Made by a program: the position numbers and the translations under genes | NCBI RefSeq assembly: GCF_001194135.2 | Contig: NC_068985.1 | Span: 86,451,694 to 86,515,693, forward strand | Direction: 5' to 3' | DNA length: 64,000 nucleotides | Origin: Octopus bimaculoides | Taxonomy: Eukaryota | The notes under the pieces: model-generated | Told to the model about the DNA's origin: nothing | Databases searched by the model: none | The model's input: only the letters and a program-made list of their open reading frames with translations | Shown: positions 27,686 through 40,004 of the stretch, piece after piece | How positions within the stretch are numbered: position 1 is the stretch's first letter | How the letters are laid out: each line of letters starts with the position of its first letter

Positions 27686-28537
27686 AATATATGCACATAG
27701 CCAATAACAGATGTTACTATACGTAGGAATTCTCTTTTAGTGATATACATGTGGAATTCCCTAAGTATCAGTAGAGTTTAAGAATTTTAATATAAGAAGA
27801 TGGAATGAACAGGCTTTATTACAAAAATAATATAATAAAAAAATGTCCATTCCATCTTCTCATATTAAAATTCTTTTATATATATGTATATATATATGTA
27901 CACAACAACTGTCCAGTAGGGGGCTGAAGGAGTCATCTATGAAGCTACAGTGACACCAAGATTTGGCAACCATATTACCAGCAATGAACCATCCAACAAC
28001 AATGGTAGCAGACTCACCAGTTTTAATGCCACAGACCCCAGTACAAATGCTACAGCCAAAGATGATGACCAGTCTGGTTCCAATGGCACAGGGGAGGTAA
28101 CTGATGATGCTAGTACCATCACCACAGCCAGAAAGAGGACCAGACAAGTATCATCAACATTGAGAAAGTAACCAACCCTGCAAGCTATGTTACCAGCAGC
28201 AGAACCCACACCACCACCACCACTAGCATCAGCACCAATTATATGACCAGAGGCAAAAACCATGACATCAACAATTGCGGTAAAGACAGATATACCAGCA
28301 CCGCCAGACTAATGTACCATAATCCTTGTTTGAACATTTTGTCCTAGCTTTCCTCCACCTCTGTGGGGTGGAAAGTTAAATTTGTCTTTGTATAGTCTGA
28401 TGAACTGCCCACAGGGTTGTAGCTTTCATGGATACAAAACCATTGGGGTCACTCTATGACCAGAATTTAACTTTATGATAAAATATTCTTTAGAATGTGC
28501 TTCTTATTCTGATATATTTTATATTGACAATCACTCA

Positions 28538-28638
<101 letters not shown>

Positions 28639-28867
28639 TATATATATCATCATCATTGTTTAACGTCCGTTCTCCATGCTGGCATGGATTGAACGATTTG
28701 ACTGGGGACTGGTGAGGCAGATGACTGCACCAGGCTCCAATCTGATCTGGCAATGTTTCTACAGCTGGTGTGTTTATGCCCCAAAATTAGGACGAAAGCT
28801 GCCGTGAATTAGCTCCAAGAAGCCATCGCCTCTAGCTAGCTATGTGACACACGAAACCTGTGTCCTT

Positions 28868-29011
28868 TATAACCTTCGAACAGGGGAGGTCAGCAGCTTC
28901 CCCTTGCTGGTTTGGCATCTGCAGACTAGACTAGTTTCAGGGTGTTGCCCCTTGTCAATGCAGAGCAGCCAAGCTCCAGCCAGGCGGCGCTACTGACTGT
29001 CTGTTCGAAGG

Positions 29012-29016
<5 letters not shown>
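28868..29016. mobile_element. Short TIR-bounded element (MITE-like)
   Basis: TATAACCTTCGAACAG (28868-83) and CTGTTCGAAGGTTATA (29001-16) are perfect 16-bp inverted repeats including TA or TATA flanks. The interior is GC-rich relative to the background. Confidence 0.7.
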
Positions 29017-29076
<60 letters not shown>

Positions 29077-29107
29077 TACCTATACACACACATACCCACA
29101 CATATCC

Positions 29108-29560
29108 TCATCATCATCAGCAGCCAGCAACTTCAGTTGAAGTCCGTTTTTCATGCTGGTATGGGTTGGACAGTTTGACAGGCACTTCTTTATGCAACTA
29201 TTCTCATCCATCTACATCACATGACCAAACCAACACAGCCTCCTCCCTTGTACATTGCATCTAATTCCTCTTATGTCTAACTTTTCTCTCAATACACCAA
29301 CACTTTGTTGCACATGTACAGACGTTGCACACCCAGTGAAGAATACCAGCTTCGTTTCTCTCTAGTCTTTGCATTTCCTCTCTATTCAGTGCCCACATCT
29401 CACTAGCATGCAACATTGCAGTGTGTACACATGCATAATACAACCCTTCCTTTGCTTAATGAGAGAGAGAGAGGGAGGGAGAGAGAGACCTTTGGTTGCC
29501 ATCAGAGGTAAGAGGTCTCTGAACTTTCTCTATCTTATTCTTATTCTAGTAATTACACTT
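29108..29560 (-). mobile_element. RTE LINE family 1, decayed 3' fragment
   Basis: The minus strand reads RIRI...KFRDLLPLMATKGLSL-[CT expansion]-GRLYYACVHTAMLHASEMWALNREEMQRLERNEAGILHWVCNV, homologous to the 54474 copy, with a (CAT)n-type tail at about 29108. Confidence 0.85.
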
Positions 29561-30499
29561 TCCGTTATTGGGTAATTTAAGTAGCAAAAATTATCTACTG
29601 AATATTTAACCTAAGCTACGTAGAGTAATGGCTGAGAGAAAGAGCTGAATACATAAACCCAGTTATAAATAATTAATTGCCAAAAATAATGAGTAAATTA
29701 GCTCAAGTTTTTCAAAATGATATTAAGTTCTTTTAGTCAAAGTTTGGAAAAATCTTTAGACATTCTGTAAAATAAGCAGTTATAGTATATCTAAGGGTGT
29801 TGCCAGACTTGAGTAAAATGTTGACAGAGATAAACAAAAATGAAATATTGAACTAAATGCCCAGGTATCTCAGGTAATTGGCTTCTTCTTTCTCATGTCT
29901 CATGCAGCTTCTACTGAACTGAAATGTTGGCGTTTATAGCAGAACACAAAATCTCCATTTCAATACAAAATCTTTTTCCGAGCTATTTTTTTTATCACAT
30001 GTCATCCCCACCATCTTTATCTCTCTTCCAGTTACTTTCTCCTCTTCTTACATAATGTGGGGTAGCCATGTATCTCCACCCTCTATCCCTCTATTACACT
30101 TGAAGCTCTCAACATCTGACTAAAAGCCACCTCCCTCTATACTACACTGTCTTAATTCATCTGAGGGGTCCTTTTTAGTCTTGGAAATAACATGATGACC
30201 TTACTTAGTACTGGTGCCACAGAGAAGGCACTCAGTTTACTCTGTAAGGTGGTTGGTGTTGGGAAGGGCATCTGGCTACAAAAACTGTGCTAAAGAAGTC
30301 TGCTGATTGGTCAGATTCCTTCAAATCATTTAAGCCATACCAGTATAAAAGACAGATGTTAAATGATGATGATGATCATGATGCATGAGCTCATTCCAAA
30401 AATGCTAATAGAATTGAATATGCAAGAACAAGGGAACCAGCTATTTTTTTTTTATGCCATGGATGAAGAATATCTGTAAATTCTTATAACATGATTAAA

Positions 30500-31210
30500 G
30501 AACATTTAACTTTCATTAATTATTTATGACACTACAGGTATATCGACAATAAAGTATGTTGTCCTCATAGTCAAGTTTTCTGAAAGTCATTTCACAGAAG
30601 CAATTCACAAATTAACTTTTTTGGAAATTAATTGCATTACTGCCCAATACATTTACAATTTTATAGTAAATTTGTTTGAAAAATACATGGCATACCAATT
30701 AAAAATCTGATTGGTTATGCAAGTAATTATGCAAATGTAATGATGTGGTCAAAAAGGGGTGTTTAACTTGTTCAGATGCGGAAGGCTGTGTACACTGTTC
30801 AATGTATTTATGGCCATTCAATGCATGTTTTGAACTTTCAAGTTCCATAGAGAAGTCATCTAGAATTATTTATTCATATTTGTCAAACTGTCCAAAGAGA
30901 TTAACAGAAATTGCAGAATTTAAGGAATTTAGCCAGACTAATCCTGAAATGATTTTACATCATAGCAGCTGTACTCAATGGTTATCACTTCAATAAATAC
31001 GGAAAGACTACTGAATCAATAGCCAGCAGTTGTCATATTTTTTACTTCTCTAGCATTAGAAGATGCGATGACTTCAGCATCTAAAAGACTGCAGTCTTTA
31101 CAGAATCTAAGTGTAAAAATCTATTTTCCATTTCCAGCTTAGATTCTGCCATAAGAGAATAAAATAAATTTCAAGTTTCCAACAGGGAACCACAGAATCC
31201 ATACACAATA
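30500..31210 (+). pseudogene. Decayed hAT-superfamily transposase (catalytic core)
   Basis: Across frameshifts and stops: SLIIYDTTGISTIKYVVLIVKF (first catalytic-D strand; IIDETTDIST-like) ... GIPIKNLIGYASNYANVMM (ASDGANVM-like) ... GCVHCSMYL (CxxH-like) ... IYSYLSNCPKRLTEIAEFKEF ... SCTQWLSL (TRWLS-like) ... ERLLNQ*PA ... ILP*ENKINFKF. Confidence 0.8.
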
Positions 31211-31617
31211 CTGCGTCCATCATCACTGATAAGAATGGTATCTTTGCTAATTTTATTAAGAGGCAACTACTAAAAAATTGATCAAAAGTTATCACCACAC
31301 ATCCATCCATTTGCTTTCCATAAGTGAACTTTATACAAATGCAAAAAGTGTATACGTCTTTCTATGATCATCGTCACCATCGTCTTAGCATCCAGTTTCC
31401 TATGCTTGCCAGGCTGAGACAGATTTTCTATGGCTGGATGTCCTTTCTGTCACCAACCCTCACTTGTTTCCATGTTTCCAAGAAGGGCAATATTTCTCCA
31501 TAACCTAACATGTTTACACAGAACATTGGGAATAAATGACACTGCCTGTGTGACACTGACACTCGTTTGCAGCTATCACATGGCGTCAAGACAAGGACAC
31601 ACAAACACTCACACACA

Positions 31618-31677
<60 letters not shown>

Positions 31678-34319
31678 GAATACAATAGGTTCTTCTCAGT
31701 TTCTCTCTGCCAAATCCACACACAAGACTTTGTTTGGTCCAAGTTAGTTGATCAAGGTGCCATGCAATGTGATTGAACCTGAAACCATGTGGTTGAAAGC
31801 ATGATTTTCAACCCCCACCAGTCATACCTGCACCATCAGCTATGCTTGTGCCTGTTCTTTAAAAATATATAAAGCAAAATTTCAAAGAATTCCAGATTAA
31901 CACATTGAATATTTTATGTGAAACGAAGCAAAGAAATGTATAAACAGTTTGTATCATATAAAATGTTCACTAATTTATGTCTTTTAAAAGCTTTTAGATC
32001 CAGAAAATGTGTTTCAAAGACAACCACCTTCAATTATTCTTTAGTCCATGAAGAAATATTTCTAAGGTAAAAGAGCATGAAGATATCAGTAGACCATGAC
32101 AAGAGTTCACTTTGCCAGGGAATGCAATTTCAGAACCAGAGAAATTCTGTTATATTTCTCAAGAAGAGTGTGGAGATAAACTTTGTTTCCTAATTATCTT
32201 GGAATTAATTAAATGCTTACTGTAATTGGCTCTTTCTTAAATGCAACAGAAAGGCTGATTTCTTTAGTTAACAATACAAAAGCTAAAAATTATTCTTAGC
32301 TAAGTGGGGAGGAAACTCTGTTTCTAATTTTTGGTAAATATGTTTTGGCAAAAAATAGAAAATGGCAACTGTCTGAACGACTGTGCTAAGAATTGAAGAA
32401 AGCAAAATTAAATCTCAATGATAAAACCTACAAACGTATAATTCAAGTAAAATGCAAAAGTCTTGTATTTTATAAAATCCCCCAAAAAGTTATCAGCCAG
32501 GCCTGGTCAAAGCAGAAGTATTTACACTAAGGTGCTGCGTGGTCCTGTTTCCGCCAGTCCTTTCCGCCCTTCATCCCCACACTGATTTGATAAGATAAAG
32601 AATTTAAAGCTTGAAAAACATCTCAACTGTGTAGCTCCGCCAATCCTGTGAAAACTCCAAATAACTCCAGCTGATACGAGATTCAAAACCATTACTTTCA
32701 GGCATTCACTCATTTTAGAAGATATCCAAAACGAATTCAATTTGATAAAATTCCTCACCATCTTTCTCTAACAAGTAAACAGGATGAGGGGTTAAGTCTA
32801 TCACCTAAGTAAGTCATGGTAGGATTTGAACTCAGAATGTAATAAGTTAAAACAAATACTGCCAGGCATCTAGTTCTTCCAACCCACTCCTCTTGGTATT
32901 CTTTTATTGACCCCAAAAGATGGAAAGCAAAATTAGTGTTGGTCGTACTTGAACTCTTCCATCTCTACTAAAACCCAATCTGGTGCATCCATATTTTTAC
33001 GCCTCCCTTATTTCCTCTCTTCTTATCTCATTACTTTTCCTGTATTTCCTTTCTGATCTCTTATAAACCAGCTTACATTTCTTTTTTCAAGGAACAGCAA
33101 AATTCTTTTGAGAATCCATTTCTGACCACACATGTCTTCTAACCATGAATCTGTAACAACAACACACTCAAGGTAAATACAAATGGCTTTTGAAGATGCG
33201 ATATATGAGAAGCAGAAAAAAAATCCCAAGCTGTCTGCAAGCACATTATAACAGGTTTAAGAGCTTACAATCACTGACAGAATTTCATCTTAGTTCTTAT
33301 GTTAAATTACAACAGGTGGATGTAGAGAATATCTCAAGGCAATAGTTACTGAGTCGAAGTAGTAATTCCATACTGGTTCCCTTTCTTTCTATATTTTCTT
33401 TTTTTTATTTTTCTATATGCCTAATTCTTATTTATTCAAATAATGTTGTTCTTAATTTGTAGAAATTCCTTAAGGAAATGATTGGATGAAATAGATTCAA
33501 GGTCAAATAATTGGATGAGAGTGCCAGAACTAGAGTGAAATTATAAAGAGAATAATAGTTTTAGAGACGACAGTTCTCTATAATCAAAATATTGATAAGA
33601 TTGGATGAATAAAAACTAAAACTAATGCCAAAAAAAAAGTTAAGCCATGATGTGGCATAAGGATAAGAAATATCTAATAATTCTGACAGAAATTTTCATT
33701 GAAAATTTTTGACTATTCGCTTAATTCACTTCTCTTGCGTCCTGGAATTCTTGTGATTACATTAAATATTGGCTTAGTTTCTCATCTCAGCAGAGGTGAA
33801 GAAATAAATACAGGAGTCACAAAACATATGAAAGGAAGCAGGGCAATAACAAGATTATTTGACTTAGGAATTGGAATAGTTTTGGCTTTGAGACGAGGTC
33901 CTGGAATATCTAAATTCCTCAAAGAACCAATGAATCAATCAGAAAGTATCTATGTGGTCGCTTGGATTGCTAGAAATAGCAACCAAATTAAATTTACTTC
34001 AATTGATCATGGTCTTAGCAAAAAATAAAACCTCTGGTTTTTTGACATTCAAGAAATAACAACGAAATTTTTTTGGATTGCACTCTACATTAGATAATAT
34101 AATCCGAAATGCATTGTGGCTGATTAAAAGAAAAAAGACTCAAAGCTGGATTGCCTTTGGTCATAAGCCTGCTCAGTCATGGTGAACTTGGAGTTAATCA
34201 ACAACAACAACAACAACAACAACAACAAGGACACTATGGACAATGACTGTAGAGATGCCACTGAAAAGATGGGATGGGCATGGCTGGCATAGCTTTCATT
34301 ATAGGTTTACTCAACAGCA

Positions 34320-34341
34320 ACCTGGATCTAAACAACAACAT

Positions 34342-34372
<31 letters not shown>

Positions 34373-34388
34373 GACGACGACGACGACG

Positions 34389-34436
<48 letters not shown>

Positions 34437-34485
34437 GCTGCTGCTACTGCTGCTGCTGCTGCTTCTGCTACTACAGCTACTACTT
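34320..34485. repeat. Compound (CTA)n-(CGA)n-(CTA)n-(CTG)n microsatellite
   Basis: Directly visible. Confidence 0.97.
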
Positions 34486-34630
34486 TTAACATGAGAATGT
34501 TGAAAAGGGTCAATAAATATGTGTGTTATGTAACCAAGAAAAAATCCCCTGAATGGCCACATGGGTCCATAGACTGTAGATTAGGGAAATGTGTTTGAGG
34601 TTGATTGAAGTTAAGTTTATTTTTAAAAGG

Positions 34631-34912
34631 AAGAGGTGCAACAGCAGCAGAGAAAGGTGAGCAGAGATAGTGGTATTTGCATGTGGCAGATGTGCCAGTA
34701 CAATAAATACAAGGAATGTAATGAAAATAGACTCCCTCAAATGCCCGGGGCAATACTTAGAAGTAGTTGAGAGCTTCCACTACCTAGTTGACCAAGACAG
34801 TAGTGGGGGTGGATGCTCTGACAGCATAGCTGTTAGAATAAGAATAGGCTGGGCAAAGTTGAGAGAGCTTCTACCTTTGTTGGTAGCAAAAGGCCTCTTC
34901 CTCAGGAAGTGT
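34631..34912 (+). mobile_element. RTE LINE family 1, RT C-terminal fragment
   Basis: KRCNSSRER*AEIVVFACGRCASTINTRNVMKIDSLKCPGQYLEVVESFHYLVDQDSSGGGCSDSIAVRIRIGWAKLRELLPLLVAKGL. The LEVV.SF.YLG..I...GGC...RIR.GW.KFREL motif is typical of RTE; overlaps the 54474 copy in homology. Confidence 0.9.
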
Positions 34913-35087
34913 TAAGTTGTAAGCAAACTAAGGCAAAATGCTAAAACGAGAACATTGGACAGAAAGAAAGTATGAATGCTTTTTCAGAAAAATCTGTATG
35001 TGAGAAAGTGAGGAAGAGAAAGACAGGGAGATTGAGATTGAGAGAGAGAGAGAGAGAGAGGGCGACAGAGATAGATAGAAACTAGAA

Positions 35088-35470
35088 ATGAATATAGAGA
35101 GAGTGGGGTGGCTGAGAGAAATAGAAGAAGAAGAAGAAGAAGAAGAAGAAGAAGAAGAAGAAGAAGAAGAAGAAGAAGAAGAAGAAGAAGAAGAAGAAGA
35201 GGAATGGGAGGAGAAGAAAAAGAAGATAAAGAAGAAAAAAGAAGGGGAGGAAGAGAAGAAGAAAAAGAAGGGAGAAGAAGAAAAAGAAGAAAAAGAAAAA
35301 AAGGGGAGGAGGAGGACAAAGGAAGAGGAGGAGGAGAAGAAAAAGAAGGGGAAGAAGAAGATGGAGGTCGAGGAAGAGGAGTGTGAAGTGAATGATGATG
35401 ATGATAAATGAGGAAGAGGAGGAGTAGGAGAGATATAGAGAGAGTTTATGTAAGTGAGTGAGGGAGGGAG
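35088..35470. repeat. Polypurine (GAA)n/(GAG)n tract
   Basis: Directly visible; generates the E/K-rich and S/F-rich ORFs. Confidence 0.95.
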
Positions 35471-36053
35471 AGGGGAAAATGTGAGAGAAAGATTTTGACA
35501 CTGAAACAAATTGAATGAAGAATGAAAATTAAGCAGAAGTTTTAATTTTGTAATTCTTCAATTGGAATTCCAGTTCCAAAGGTCTGGAATAATTTAAGGC
35601 AATAATTAATAAAGAAATCTGAACAGATAATTTCTTGAATTAATGAATGAAACTCATTTAATAACTAATCAAACTTGCTGTTAGCAATTTTTAAATGATG
35701 ACATTCACTAAGAAAAATGGAAACAGATAAAAAAAAAATAACAAGCAACAACAAAAAAAAAATAGTGGCTCCTCAACTAACCTGCAAAAGCATGGAAAAA
35801 TAATAGAAATAAAGCTTAAACAAAATATAGAAAAAAAATAACAATTAGTAAAATCCTAATCTTTGTTTCTTAGAATTCATCTTGAACAAATGATTTCAAA
35901 TTACTCTTTTGAAACGGAAATGATAGATATTTCACATGTAAAACATTAATCTATAATTTTCTAACATTTTGCTAACAAAACAAATTTATTTCTAGTTGAC
36001 TTTCATCATTATTATTATTAATAATATCATCATCATCATCATCATCATCATCC

Positions 36054-36135
<82 letters not shown>

Positions 36136-36242
36136 TTCTACTACTACTTTCACCATCACTATATCAATAAAATTGCTAGCAACAACTACAACATTTTCTT
36201 TACAACATCCACCTATACAACAATATCAACACTCCCACTATC

Positions 36243-36307
<65 letters not shown>

Positions 36308-36334
36308 GCGAAAAGTACTACATGCAAATTTAAT

Positions 36335-36700
36335 TAGAGGGGCTGTTATCCTGAGGTTTGGTGACAGCAAGTCTTCTCAGATCTCAAGAACTTTCTTAGA
36401 ATTCTTAAAAAATAGAAGATGGCACTTTTCTGCAGGTCAACAATAGGTATCTCAATTCCAATATTTTTTCAATCTCTTCTTGGTTACAAGTTTGGGTGTT
36501 GTGCCAAGTGCACCAATTAACACAAGAATAATTCTCACCTTTCTCTTACATAATCTCTACATCTCTGTCTAGGTTCTTTATATTTCCTAAATCTTTCAGT
36601 TTTCTTCATATCTGCTCAACAAACAGAGACGATTACACTATGAACATATCTGGTCACTTCAATAGTATGGTCTCTCTTGGTGAAGAAATCTCCCATTTTT
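36335..36700 (-). mobile_element. R4/Dong-like LINE, RLE endonuclease and C-terminus
   Basis: The minus strand, with frameshifts, reads DHTIE../PDMFIV...KKTERFRKYKE...KVRIILVLIGALGTTPKLVTKKRLKK/IGIEIPIVDLQKSAIFYFLRILRKFLRS. A (TTA)n array lies at 36250-36306, 3' of the element. Confidence 0.85.
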
Positions 36701-37234
36701 TCTTGTTGTTGTTGTTTTTATGATTATGAGGTTTTATGATTATGAAATTTGGAATGGATAATTTATGTTCCAGCCATCAATTTGTTATTGATGAAGTTAT
36801 TTTAATAAATTCTTTAGAGTTTTGAAAAATAATTCCATAAGAGTGGTGTATTTCTACAGAAATATGGTAAAAACTCGTTTAAATCCTGACTTGCAATGAT
36901 GGAACTTCTACTAGTAGGCCTCACAAGGCTTGATCTAATCATAAGGCAAACCAATAACAGTATGGGGCTCTCACAAACCACTGGGACTTTAAAATAAATA
37001 AAAGCCATACATTTTTGTAATTTTTGTAAGTCCTTCAGCTGTAAGTTTTAAACAAGGGACCTCTGAGTTTTTACAGATTAGGTCTCATCATCTTTACATC
37101 CAATCATGATCTCATGATTTTTACATCCAATTCTGGATTTGATCTCATGATTTTTACATCCAATTCTGGATTCTGGTATATTCATGTGACATATGACACT
37201 TTGCTGTCACAAACCAACATAGTTGTTTCCTTTG

Positions 37235-37405
37235 TTGGTAATAAGCAGCCAGCTAGCTCTTAGATCATACCTTGCCATATTAAGAAGAACATCCAGGATA
37301 ATGAGGTCCTAGGGTCCTAGGCACATAGGAAATAGATGGATTGGTCAAGGCTGGAATATTTCTGATTATGGGACCTGCTCAACCAAACTTGACCTGGAGT
37401 TAAAC
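37235..37405 (-). repeat. Unclassified old dispersed repeat
   Basis: Shares TTTAAC.CCAGGTCA...GAGCAG..C.ATGATCA...TTCCAGC motifs with degenerate segments at about 2722-2890(+), 27237-27370(+) and 34140-34200(-). Confidence 0.45.
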
Positions 37406-38280
37406 ATCATCATCATCATCACAAGCCCTGTTACCAGTACCATCACCACCTCAAAACATTCTCTTCTATATCACAGATATGTCAACACAGATGTAGTGCC
37501 GTGATCCATATTCAAAGCACCACCATTTTTAACTTTGATTTTGACAAGCTGATTGCTATCACACACAACACCCTTCTCTTCAAGAGTTTATAAGATATAA
37601 AGCAATAAAACTATTCAGAGACAAGAGGTAAGAAACCAGTCAGTAGGGCTGTTGGCATGGAGGCCACTCCGGTGGTTAGTAACACTGTTCATATAAACCT
37701 CTTTGATGCAAGACGGTAATCTTTAGTGTATTTAGCTAAAAAATTATCTGCCATTTATTGTGACAAAGTTAACTTAGGACAGACTAATATATGCTATTCA
37801 AGAACTGTGCTTTATATCAAGTTAACAGAGTGGAAGTAGGATGGAAAGCGATTGTAGCTTTATGTCTTGTCAGAACTAAAAACAACAAATATTAAAAAAA
37901 AATTTTCAAGAAAGTACACAGAATTTATTCAAAGGAATAAGCTAAAAATGAATGAATAAATAAATAAATAAGAGAATGGAATAAAGAAAGAGTAAAAATA
38001 ATCTAGTGAAGTTTTATAAAACAAGTTCTGGTTCATTTTGTACTAAAAGAGGAAAAAAACAAAACAAGAAGAATAGTGATTGATGTAACTATGTTTAAAG
38101 TTTATGGAATAAAAGACACTGCGTAACAAATGTTTCATGTGACATTTGCAAACATCAATCATGTTAAAACATTTTTGAAATCAACTGGACTCCTGCTTCT
38201 TACATATTGAATATTTTTGAAATATTCTGTAATGCAGGGTTGGTCACCACAAGGCATACATACATGCGTGCATATTTATG

Positions 38281-38312
<32 letters not shown>

Positions 38313-38402
38313 GGTATGTATGTATGTATGTATGAATGCATGTGTGTGTATGTATAGATGTATCTATCTATCTATCTATCTGTGTGTACATATTCACATG
38401 CA

Positions 38403-38452
<50 letters not shown>

Positions 38453-38913
38453 AACAAAGGATTAAAAATCAAGCTCTCTGTATCAGTCAAACATGGCTAA
38501 CCAAATTGACCAGAGAAAGTCATTGCAATCGATGTAGTCCACAAATTTACCTTCTGATGCAGCTTAAAATCCAAAGTTTAAACACTAAATAAATTCAGAA
38601 TAAGGTCACAGAATAGAATAAAAAACACAACAGAATGGACAATCATACATGCTTAATCAGTTTACAAATGTTCTGGATACATTGATATTACATAATTCTG
38701 CAATTTATAAATCAATTCATATTTGATTGATTAACACTCTACGCTGATCGAGAAATTAACACCAATTAATCTAATGGAGTATGTATTTTATTGAGCTTGA
38801 ATGAATGAAAGACAAGGTTTACTTCAGTAGAATTTGAACTCAGAACAAGAAGACAGGAAATGCTGCTAACCGTTTGCCCAACATGCTAACAATTCTTCCA
38901 GCTTGCTGCTTGC

Positions 38914-39005
<92 letters not shown>

Positions 39006-39972
39006 NNNNNNNNNNNNNNNNNNNNNNNNNNNNNNNNNNNNNNNNNNNNNNNNNNNNNNNNNNNNNNNNNNNNNNNNNNNNNNNNNNNNNNNNNNNNNNN
39101 NNNNNNNNNNNNNNNNNNNNNNNNNNNNNNNNNNNNNNNNNNNNNNNNNNNNNNNNNNNNNNNNNNNNTATATATATATATATTCATATTTGGTTACCAT
39201 GTCATTCCACACACAGTATTGAATACACAGTATTATATTATTAATTCATTTTTTAAATTTAGAATGCAGAACTTGGACATAAGAATATGCTGTGTCTCCT
39301 CCAGGTAAAAGATACATTTTAATTCACCACCATCATATGGTGGTGCTCTACTTATTATAGACCATTTAATGTCATGCCAAACATTACTCGCTTTTAGGCT
39401 CCCGAGGAATTTATTTAAAGAAGTGAAGTTTTCTTTTTTCTATATTTAAACAAAGAGATGTGCGTATATAATCTTGACTTGAAGTCAGTTGTGCAAACAC
39501 CTCTAGAAAAGTAAGTAGATTCAGTTATTGTTGCTGAACATTTGTACACTAAGTTCTTTCTTCATATATTCATATTATTTACATATTGCAATGTTTCAAG
39601 CAAATTACAATTCTTATTAAGCTTCAACGACACCTTCAGAATACAGCTTACACTTTTCCTCATCTGACCCAGATTATTCACATCAACATGTACACATGTG
39701 CACATATACAAGCACCTACAACTTCATTATGAAACACATCTACAGCACAAATGGTCAGTATTTTCAGTTGTTCAACCAACTGAGGGAGATACTCATAGAA
39801 TTATGGCACATATGTGACGGAGTATTCTACAGTCGAGGACAGGATGGGGAAGACACAGAAAATTGCCGTTTGTTGAACAGTTACAGCCATGATGATGAAA
39901 ATATTCATTCATTTATTCTACAGACGTTTATATCTTGAATATAAATCTTAGGTAGAATTATATGTATGTATG

Positions 39973-40004
<32 letters not shown>

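Noticed and set aside
28778-28823. Half hammerhead-like motif GGAC-GAAA-GCT-loop-AGCT-C
   Set aside because: Stem III and GAAA look right, but the CTGATGA core and the stem I partner are absent, so it cannot be called a ribozyme. A family consensus would be needed.
35088-35411. E/K-rich 107-aa ORF
   Set aside because: A polypurine simple repeat.
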